Source: Ranitomeya imitator (lineage: Eukaryota). Taken from it: DNA of 64,000 bases. The DNA lies in NCBI RefSeq assembly GCF_032444005.1, contig NC_091291.1:6758001-6822000 (forward strand), given 5' to 3'. A program made the position numbers and the translations under genes. Each line of letters starts with the position of its first letter. The stretch's first letter is position 1. Below, piece by piece: positions 40,628 through 49,535 of this stretch. The notes under the pieces were generated by a model. It saw only the letters and a program-made list of their open reading frames with translations, was not told where the DNA came from and did no database searches.

Positions 40628-41569
40628 TCAGCAGATAGTCCTCATGGGGCGCTTCCAGTCGGACAGCTCTGTGCCTGGGGTGTAAAGGAGGGTTTGGGCC
40701 AAAGCTCTTTGGATGCTGAGTCTCCGGAGGTCCTGGGCAAGTTCCCGGATGATGTCCCTGTGACAGTGTAGATGCTGATGGAGGGTCACCCTCTGGGGGT
40801 CCGTCCAGACCTCCTCACCACCCTCCTCCTCCTCTAGTATTGCGCTCAGCCTGGGCACGGTCCTGCTCCTCTCCACGGGTGGGTTATAGGAGCAGGTCCC
40901 GTTCAGGATCTTCCTCAGGGGGATTTTGGGGACCGCCGACTCCCCCAGAAGCGCCTTCTGTTGCCTCCTAAAGTCACTTTGCCTCTTCAGCCTTTTGAAC
41001 TCGTTGAAGGCGGCCATGGAGGTCTGGCACAGGGTCTGCTCCATGGCTTTAGCCTTCTCCGCCTTGGTGACCAGGGCGGCATGGCATCTCAGGACCACCG
41101 CCTTGTTCTTAATTTGGTGTCTGTAGACCCAGGAGAAGACCTTGGGGTGCCGGGCGTCCGCTGCGCAGTAGGTGATACGGTGCAGGAGGTAGGCATGGAC
41201 AGTTTTTCGGGTGCCCCTTTTGGAGGGGCTCATCCTGATGCCGTAAGACCCCAAAGAGAGTTTCATCTTAGTGCTGCGGCCCCCCGATTCGCTCTTCTGC
41301 CAGATCTTGTTGACCGCTTCCACGGTGCAGCCCTCTCCCTTGGCCTGGAGGGTCACGGCATTGCCCAGGTACCACACCGTGTATGATGGGTCCTCTCGGT
41401 TTAGGACTACCTTCTGCCTCCGGCTGCTGAAGACATTGCCCAGGCGCTCCAGGGGCAGGAGGTCAGGGCAGGAGTGGAGGAAGGAGGACAGCAGGGAAGA
41501 TGAACTCACCCCCTTCCCCTTCTTGTCCTTCTTCACCAGCACAAACTTGCTTTTCTTCCAGGGCAGCAT
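40628..41569 (-). CDS. FAM43B: FAM43B, PTB/PID-domain protein, single exon, 313 aa
   Basis: [12 protein letters not shown]...[15 protein letters not shown]...[37 protein letters not shown]...[40 protein letters not shown] matches vertebrate FAM43B as recalled. ATG is in good Kozak context (GCACCATG). Lies next to MUL1 as in human. Confidence 0.95.
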   Translation of the reverse strand: MLPWKKSKFVLVKKDKKGKGVSSSSLLSSFLHSCPDLLPLERLGNVFSSRRQKVVLNREDPSYTVWYLGNAVTLQAKGEGCTVEAVNKIWQKSESGGRSTKMKLSLGSYGIRMSPSKRGTRKTVHAYLLHRITYCAADARHPKVFSWVYRHQIKNKAVVLRCHAALVTKAEKAKAMEQTLCQTSMAAFNEFKRLKRQSDFRRQQKALLGESAVPKIPLRKILNGTCSYNPPVERSRTVPRLSAILEEEEGGEEVWTDPQRVTLHQHLHCHRDIIRELAQDLRRLSIQRALAQTLLYTPGTELSDWKRPMRTIC

Positions 41570-41584
41570 GGTGCGATCTCCGAA

Positions 41585-41705
41585 GCAGGAGCCTTGTGGA
41601 GCAGGAGCCTTGAGGAGCAGGAGCCTTGTGGAGCAGGAGCCTTGTGGAGCAGGAGCCTTGTGGAGCAGGAGCCTTGTGGAGCAGGAGCCTTGTGGAGCAG
41701 GGAGC
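41585..41705. repeat. 16-bp VNTR (~7.5 copies, GCAGGAGCCTTGTGGA) just upstream of the FAM43B ATG
   Basis: Unit starts at 41585, 41601, 41617 ... 41697. Confidence 0.95.
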
Positions 41706-43166
41706 CTGGATGCTGGAGGAGTGAGGAGGAGAAGGCTGGGAATGCCTCCCTCTGCCTCTGCCACACCTCTGCTAGCCAACTTCATCACCGCTGATAGAAA
41801 ACCACAGCCCCGTTATTTGCACAGGCAGCGGGCACAGTGTCGGACTGGGGTGCCAAGGGCCCACCAGTAACATTGACTTTGGGGGGGGCCCCACATTTCA
41901 CCTGCATACTAATATTACACTCCCCTCATTCACAAATTTCCCTCTATCTCTATATAATAATAATAATACACTGGGTAGTTTGGTTAATGAATGATGAGAT
42001 GCTGCTTTTTTCTGTACAGGGTGAATCAAGTGAATTATGCCAAGTATTGCCCATACAGTGGGTTTGGGGGCCCACCGGGGGATTCCCCTGTCACCCGATA
42101 GGCCAGTCCGAGCCTGAGCTGGCACACGCTCGCCCTCAGCCCACACACCGTCACCAGAAAAGAAAGCTACCCTTACATGCACACAGCACGCAGATTGTGG
42201 AATTGCTATTTATGCAACTTCATGTCAAATCTTCCAAAAAAATGAGTACCCCAAATAAATCAGGAAAGCAACTTCTCATCCCCCCCCCCCTACAAAATAA
42301 TCCGTAGTGTTGAGAAAGCGGACACCATTAGATGGTACTACAGTGTCTAGCGATCCCACCTGCCCCATCAGGAGGCATCAATTCCTGCACCACTAGGCGG
42401 TATTCGTTATGGGAGTCTGGGAACGCAGAAGGACATCGAGTACGAGTGGTGACGGCGGACGTTACTTATCAGCTTTTCTAGAAACTTTATCAGGGGTCTG
42501 GGAAAGCCGAGTGACAGCCCTGCCGGGAGCAGCAGCGGGTCATCAGTGAAGGAGTCCATTGACGGAAGGGTCATAACTGATTTACTGAACGAGTCCTTCA
42601 GATAATTTATTGCTCCTGAGTTTCCAGGAAATCGTATCGCTACATCTGTGTAGGACGTGCTCTCCGAGGAGACATTGATTGACTGAAACCGATCGATCGG
42701 AAGGATCACGAGCACCTGAGATTGTCTCAACACAGACATCACACCAAATGTCAGACCCTGGATATCCACCATAAGCCATTTCATTAATACCCCCATAATG
42801 TGCATCTCCCCCGGCCTGAGGTCCGGACTCCACATTCCTCTGCAGGAGTCCTGTGTACCTGGCAGCAGAGGTTTAGTGCGGCCTCCATGCATGGGATGAG
42901 ATCCAGGGATCTGGAAAGAAGTCATCACCTTCACGATCTGACCCTTATCTGCTGCCATTAGGGAATGCAGGACGGTGGCGGTGTCCAATGTTAGGGAGGC
43001 GGTGTCTGATGCATGCAGAAGGTCACCCCCACACCTTGCAGAACGGCGCCCCATCACCCTGCCGCTCCTGGTCTGCCTCCTTCCCATACTGCACCCATCT
43101 CACCAAGATCAATGACACTCGACGCTCACAAGGCGCAAAACAGGATTCAGCAGACCAGGCCGCTGT

Positions 43167-43950
43167 CCACCGGGGCCACCGCCACAAGGGCCACCGCCCA
43201 CCGGGGCCACCGCGGCCACCGCCACAAGGGCCACCGCCCACCAGGGAGACCGCCACAAGGGCCACCGCCCACCGGGGAGACCGCCCACCGGAGAGACCGC
43301 CACAAGGGCCACCGCCCACCAGGGAGACCGCCACAAGGGCCACCGCCCACCGGGGAGACCGCCCACCGGGGAGACCGCCACAAGGGCCACCGCCCACCGC
43401 CACAAGGGCCACCGCCCACCGGGGAGACCGCCACAAGGGCCACCGCCCACCGGGGAGACCGCCACAAGGGCCACCGCCCACCGGGGAAACCGCCACAAGG
43501 GCCACCGCCCACCGGGGAGACCGCCACAAGGGCCACCGCCCACCGGGGAGACCGCCACAAAGGGCCACCGCCCACCGGGGAGACCGCCACAAGGGCCACC
43601 GCCCACCGGGGAGACCGCCACAAGGGCCACCGCCCACCGGGGAGACCGCCACAAGGGCCACCGCCCACCGGGGAGACCGCCACAAGGGCCACCGCCCACC
43701 GGGGAGACCGCCACAAAGGGCCACCGCCCACCGGGGAGACCGCCACAAGGGCCACCGCCCACCGGGGAGACCGCCACAAAGGGCCACCGCCCACCGGGGA
43801 GACCGCCACAAGGGCCACCGCCCACCGGGGAGACCGCCACAAGGGCCACCGCCCACCGGGGAGACCGCCACAAGGGCCACCGCCCACCGAGGAGACCACC
43901 ACAAGGGCCACCACCCACCGGGGAGACCGCCACCACCCACCGGGGACACC
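43167..43950. repeat. 31-bp GC-rich minisatellite (~25 units) with a GC box (CCGCCC) in most units
   Basis: GGGCCACCGCCCACCGGGGAGACCGCCACAA; GGGGA starts at 43421, 43452, 43483. Confidence 0.95.
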
Positions 43951-44023
43951 CTACAGGACCACCGCCCACACCCTACAGGACCACAATATGGTGTAATAGG
44001 CACCATTGTCGCCAAACAATACA

Positions 44024-44161
44024 TAATAATAAATAATAATAATCTTTATTTTTATATAGCGCTAACATATTCCGCAGCGCTTTACAGTTTGCACACATTG
44101 TCATCACTGTCCCTGATGGGGCTCACAATCTAGAATCCCTATCAGTATGTCTTTGCAATGT

Positions 44162-44192
<31 letters not shown>

Positions 44193-44278
44193 ACGCAAAC
44201 ACGGAGAGAACATACAAACTCTTTGCAGATGTTGTCCTGGGTGGGATTAGAACCCAGGACCCCAGCGCTGCAAGGCTG
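44024..44278 (-). mobile_element. tRNA-derived V-SINE, 5'-truncated
   Basis: On the - strand: Pol III B-box-like GGTTCTAATCCC (44243-44254), V-domain GAGTTTGTATGTTCTCTCCGTGTTTGCGTGGGTTTCCTCCGGGCACTCCGGTTTCCTCCCACA, LINE-like 3' end AAGCGCTGCGGAATATGTTAGCGCTATATAAAAATAAAG and an (ATT)n tail. A-box is missing. Confidence 0.88.
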
Positions 44279-44462
44279 TTCCCCTGCTGGTTTTAATGTT
44301 ATGGCTGACGGGTGTATGAGCACACTCTTCCCGTACACGATAATGAGGCAATACTCGATGGTGACTGAATCCTACCAGCATTTCCACAGCCTCAATGTTT
44401 CCCATGGGAGAATCGTCGTCGCCATGAGGCTCCTGGCTGTTGTCAGAAATCTAGGCCTCAGT

Positions 44463-44551
44463 TGCCCATAGCAACCAATCAGAGCTCAGCTTTCATTTCC
44501 CACAAGGCTCTGTCACAATGAAAGCTGTGCTGTGATTGGTTGCTATGGGCA
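44463..44551. mobile_element. Miniature foldback element (MITE-like): 35-bp inverted arms, 19-nt loop
   Basis: Left arm TGCCCATAGCAACCAATCAGAGCTCAGCTTTCATT versus reverse complement of right arm TGCCCATAGCAACCAATCACAGCACAGCTTTCATT: 33/35 identical. Confidence 0.75.
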
Positions 44552-44880
44552 GACATCTCCCCCCAACGCTCGGCCTGAGGCTCCTGTGTAACATTTCAGG
44601 CATTTTTGACAGAAAATGGGAGTCCGTACCCCCCCAATGTATAAAACGTATCACCAGAGACCCCCTGTAATGGGGAAACTTCCACAACGCATTTATTGAG
44701 GGAGTGCACCCGCCGCCCTCATCAGCGTCACATGACCGCGTCTCATTCATCCGTTACATTGGCGCCAATGTCATAACATGAATGAAATCAGCGCAAAATA
44801 TTCACTAATCCCTCCAACAAGACGAATACTAATGCCGCCGCCACCGCGCCAGAAAACTCTATATTTATCAGCTGCGTTCT

Positions 44881-44948
44881 GTTTCTACGGCAACCGAAGT
44901 TCTGAAAATGATGTCAAGTAATGAACTTCACAAAGTCGCCATGGAAAC
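44881..44948. promoter_or_regulatory. Pair of RFX X-box-like motifs (GTTTCTACGGCAAC 44881-44894; GTCGCCATGGAAAC 44935-44948)
   Basis: Both resemble the palindromic X-box GTTGCCATGGCAAC; binding is not shown. Confidence 0.45.
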
Positions 44949-45731
44949 TGACAGGAGACAAAAATTAATATCGGAATAAATTCTGCGCATCGCATTGGTA
45001 GCCCCCCAGAAATCAGCCGACGGCCGTCCCTCCGACCAATCTGTCCACGGAGAGGCGCACCCCGAAATTATCACATAATAGAAAATCTTTAACCCCTTAA
45101 TGTCACCTAGTTTTTTTTTTTATACTATTACCCCCTTTATTTCTTTTTTTTCCCAATCGCCATAACTTTATTTTTCCACAGGACGCCTTTTATTCATGTG
45201 GGACAAGTTGTAGTTATTAATGCCGCCACTCATTTACCATAAAATGTACCGAAAAACAAGGGTTGATTAAATTTTTTTTTTTTTAATTTATTTTAACCCT
45301 TTTTTTTTTCTTTCATAGTTCCCTTAGGGGACTGGAACCTGCGCTCGTTTGAGGGCTCGTATTATATACCGCATATATACAGTATATAGCACTAATTGTC
45401 TCCTATGCCTGTGGTTATGTGCTGGGCTTCATAGAAGTACCAAGATCACTTGGCAGGAGGCACCCAAAGGGACATGTCGCCAGGATGAGGAATTAAACTG
45501 CTGCCGTCAGAGGTGGGTGCGGATACATATACCCCCCTTGGAGTGTGAATAAGGGGTATATTCCTTCTGAAAAGCGCAGTGTTAAAGGGCTGAACTGCAG
45601 TACCAGATGCAGCCATAGACACAGAGAGGCGCTAATTCTGCAATTGTTCTGATGTATCAGAAGGGAGTCCTGGGCTGAGAATCGGCCCGATCGTCGCGCA
45701 CCACTGAAGATGGCGATGTGACACTGATCCG

Positions 45732-46300
45732 GCCTTTGCGCCCTCCTATGCCAATCTGTTCCTGGGTCTGTGGGAGAGAGACCTTTTCCTGTCTGACAAA
45801 CAGGGGTCGATTGATCGTGTCCTGTTAGTTTTCCCCTCTCTCTTTCCGGCGCTGGCTCACGTGGGGCCCCACGAGTTTCCGGCGCAGGCGGATGGAGGGG
45901 ATGCTGTGTGCGGCTCTGTTGTTGCTGTAGTGGCGCGCAGGTGAGTGGCACACTTCCGGTCGGCGGTGTATTTATACATACACCGCGCATATTATATCTA
46001 CCCCCTGATGAAGGAGCATCGCGCTCCGAAACGCGAGTCGGGGTTGGACCTGGTCTCCCATTCTTCCTGCGCCAGTTAGATATGCATTTACGTAACTTGC
46101 TGTACATTCTCTACATCATGGCTGTGGCACTTGCCCAATATTCTATATATTCTAGATTATATGCGGCCTAATTCCCTGGCATGGCAGGTCTGTTTGGGCG
46201 GTCCGGTCCCTCTTATGGGCCATTGTAGCACATTTATGTTCCCCTGTGTGTATCCTTTGTACCTGTTCATTTAGTTTTTATGGCTATTTAATAAAATTTG
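45732..46300 (+). mobile_element. Penelope-like retroelement remnant: RT fragment joined to a pseudo-LTR-like segment
   Basis: 45732-45824 reads AFAPSYANLFLGLWERDLFLSDKQGSIDRVL, the PLE RT segment that follows GTAMG. A hammerhead motif follows at 46000-46044 and AATAAA at 46290-46295. Boundaries are uncertain. Confidence 0.75.
46000..46044 (+). ncRNA. Minimal type I hammerhead ribozyme motif
   Basis: ACCCC-CTGATGA-A-GGAGC(ATCGC)GCTCC-GAAA-C(GCGA)G-TC^GGGGT. Conserved core, 5-bp stem II, short stem III containing CGCG, GUC cleavage triplet (after 46039), 5-bp stem I. Confidence 0.8.
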
Positions 46301-47250
46301 TACGTTTTATGGGACTATATGGCTGCTTGCTGGCTTCTTTTGATATTTATACTGTTTGCAGTTTGTCTCGTTATTAGTCCGCTATGCATGTCTTTTATTG
46401 TACAGTTATAGTGCGACATAATTTATAATCTTCTGAACATGCTGTAGTGTGACGTACGGAGACTGCGGGATTTGTGGTCACACAGTCCAATGTTTACTGT
46501 AAGCAGAATCCTAATTAGAGAACACAATACAGACCTGATACGTGGCGGCCGCTGACGCTTTGTCGCGCTCCCCCTCCCCTGCTGGGTCCTGACACAGTAA
46601 CCCCATTTCTTATCTACGCGGCTGGTGACGCACGCCGCGCCCGGATATTAACGCCAGAATCTGGATACGGAGATTAATGGAAAAGAGGAGACGCCGGGAC
46701 CTGGAATAGAAACGTACGAGAAATGGTGACCCCGATACAGCGCAGCCGGGGGTCTTACATAACATGTCAGGAGAGAATTACACCAGGGAAAGAAGTCACA
46801 GGAAGGAAATATTCTTATACACGAGCTGTCCATGATTCACTATAGGGTCTATGGCGGTCACTAGAACAGCGCAGGGGTCCGGAGATGATCCCACCCATCA
46901 GTACAGCGTCTATACTGAATGCGGAGCCTCCCAGGATAGTCAGTGACTAAGGCTGCCGCCCTACATCGCCAGGCAGACAGGAAAGCCGGTGACAACTACC
47001 AAGATGGCCGTGAAGGTGGTCACCCAGCTTTCCCAGAACACAGAACATTCAGGAACCAACAACTAGACTTTTACTTCCACCGTCACCAATACCACCGGCC
47101 TCATCCTGTGCGTCTCCCCTCTCTGCGGCCTGGACATTGCTCTGCAGAAGTCCTGTGTACACGGCAGCAGATCTTGTGTGAAGCTCAGGCGAGATCTGGA
47201 AACAAGTCATCCTGACCAACCACAAACCCCACCTTATACTGGGGACCCCC

Positions 47251-48870
47251 ACAAGACCAAGCGTATACCGGGAACACCCCACAAGACCCGCCGTATACAG
47301 GTAACACCCCACAAGACCCGCCGTATACAGGGAACACCCCACAAGACCCGCCGTATACAGGGAACACCCCACAAGACCCGCCGTATACAGGTAACACCCC
47401 ACAAGACCCGCCGTATACCGGGAACACCCCACAAGACCCGCCGTATACCGGGAACACCCCACAAGACCCGCCGTATACCGGGAACACCCCACAAGACCCG
47501 CCGTATACAGGGAACACCCCACAAGACCCGCCGTATACCGGGAACACCCCACAAGACCCGCCGTATACCGGGAACACCCCACAAGACCCGCCGTATACAG
47601 GGAACACCCCACAAGACCCGCCGTATACAGGGAACACCCCACAAGACCCGCCGTATACAGGGAACACCCCACAAGACCCGCCGTATACCGGGAACACCCC
47701 ACAAGACCCACCGTATACCGGGAACACCCCACAAGACCCGCCGTATACCGGGAACACCCCACAAGACCCGCCGTATACCGGGAACACCCCACAAGACCCG
47801 CCGTATACCGGGAACACCCCACAAGACCTGCCGTATACCGGGAACACCCCACAAGACCCGCCGTATACAGGGAACACCCAACAAGACCTTCCATATACCG
47901 GGAACACCCCACAAGACCCGCCGTATACCGGGAACACCCCACAAGACCCGCCGTATACCGGGAACACCCCACAAGACCCGCCGTATACCGAGAACACCCC
48001 ACAAGACCCGCCGTATACCGGGAACACTCCAGAAGACCCGCCGTATACCGAGAACACCCCACAAGACCCGCCGTATACAGGGAACACCCCACAAGACCTG
48101 CCATATACTGGGAACACCCCACAAGACCTGCCGTATACAGGGAACACCCCACAAGACCCGCCGTATACAGGGAACACCACACAAGACCCGCCGTATACAG
48201 GGAACACCCCACAAGACCTGCCGTATACCGGGAACACCCCACAAGACCTGCCATATACTGGGAACACCCCACAAGACCTGCCATATACTGGGAACACCCC
48301 ACAAGACCCGCCGTATACAGGGAACACCCCACAAGACCTGCCATATACTGGGAACACCCCACAAGACCTGCCGTATACAGGGAACACCCCACAAGACCCG
48401 CCGTATACAGGGAACACCACACAAGACCCGCCGTATACAGGGAACACCCCACAAGACCTGCCGTATACCGGGAACACCCCACAAGACCCGCCGTATACCG
48501 GGAACACCCCACAAGACCTGCCGTATACCGGGAACACCCCACAAGACCCGCCGTATACAGGGAACACCCCACAAGACCTGCCGTATACCGGGAACACCCC
48601 ACAAGACCCGCCGTATACTGGGAACACCCCACAAGACCTGCCGTATACAGGGAACACCCCACAAGACCCGCCGTATACAGGGAACACCCCACAAGACCTG
48701 CCATATACTGGGAACACCCCACAAGACCTGCTGTATACAGGGAACACCCCACAAGACCCGCCGTATACAGGGAACACCCCACAAGACCTGCCGTATACAG
48801 GGAACACCCCACAAGACCTGCCGTATACAGGGAACACCCCACAAGACCTGCCATATACTGGGAACACCCC
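47251..48870 (-). repeat. 30-bp minisatellite (54 units), same family as 30781-31370 but inverted
   Basis: ACAAGACCCGCCGTATAC(A/C)GGGAACACCCC with exact 30-bp period; its reverse complement matches the first 30781 unit at 26/30. Confidence 0.98.
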
Positions 48871-49019
48871 GCAGACATTACAGGCCGTCACCCAGCTTTC
48901 CCCGGTGCGGGCTGTGCCGCAGGTAACGTTTATTTCTCCCGGGCTCCGCCTATCTATACACTGTGTGCTCACACTCACACCTCCTCACACTTCTGCTGTC
49001 TGTCTCTCTCCTCAGCGAG

Positions 49020-49164
49020 GTCACGTGTCTGCCGTATATAACGAGTGACTGAGGTCACATGACTTCTACTGGGCGGAGCTTATTACTAGTCCCGCCCTAT
49101 GTACTCTAAGCTTCCCCGCCCGTTCCTGACGTCATCAGTGACTGGCTGCGCATGTGCAGGAAGT
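49020..49164 (+). promoter_or_regulatory. MUL1 proximal promoter motif cluster
   Basis: GTCACGTG (49020-49027), GTCACATGAC (49054-49063), three GC boxes (49071, 49091, 49115), CRE TGACGTCA (49127-49134), NRF1-like TGCGCATGTGCA (49147-49158), ETS CAGGAAGT (49157-49164). Confidence 0.7.
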
Positions 49165-49533
49165 AAGAGTGTGACACTGTGTGGACTGCGGAGGGGTCGG
49201 TGCCGGACTGGGGGTGGGTGCCGGACTGGGGGTGGGTGCCGGACTGGGGGTGGGTGCCGGACTGGGGGTGGGTGACCCCTGTGCTCCGGGTCTGGGGGGA
49301 TAAGCTATAACATAGGGGACCCTGCGTGTTACCCCAGTGTGGGGGCGGCTGCCGGGCCGTGCTGTGCCCTCTCTGTGGGGTCATTCCCGGCCATTGGGTT
49401 TCTGTCCCTATGACAACTCTGACGGTCACATTGTTGGACCCCCATAGTGTGAGGCCTGAGCCCTGCAGCCTGTGAGGAGGGGGTCGCCGCAGTCACCTGA
49501 CCGTCTGCCTCACCTGTCGCCTTTTTTCCGCAG
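49163..49533 (+). other. Probable MUL1 5'-UTR intron
   Basis: Donor GAA|GTAAGA at 49163; strong acceptor CCTTTTTTCCGCAG| ending 49533, 2 nt before the ATG. The donor choice is inferred. Confidence 0.55.
49201..49274 (+). repeat. 4 x 18-bp G-rich repeat (TGCCGGACTGGGGGTGGG) with G-quadruplex potential
   Basis: Eight G-tracts of 3 or more G on the MUL1 sense strand. Confidence 0.85.
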
Positions 49534-49535
49534 AG

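Noticed and set aside
41786-41788. ORF-track start for a 386-aa FAM43B
   Set aside because: The codon is GTG. Homology starts at MLPW (41569), and the upstream ATG at 41785 is treated only as a finding.
40926-41870. Antisense ORFs over FAM43B (and over MUL1 at 51072-51775)
   Set aside because: Shadow ORFs of GC-rich coding sequence.
42988-44133. Pro/Arg/Gly-rich ORFs of 255-381 aa
   Set aside because: They come from a GC-rich 31-bp repeat that lacks stop codons on both strands.
44719-44725. Second CTGATGA on the - strand as a possible hammerhead
   Set aside because: The following stem is not followed by GAAA and no stem III or cleavage triplet fits.
45085-45360. Possible piggyBac-like non-autonomous fragment (TTAACCCCTTAA)
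   Set aside because: No matching second terminus or target duplication could be defined by eye.
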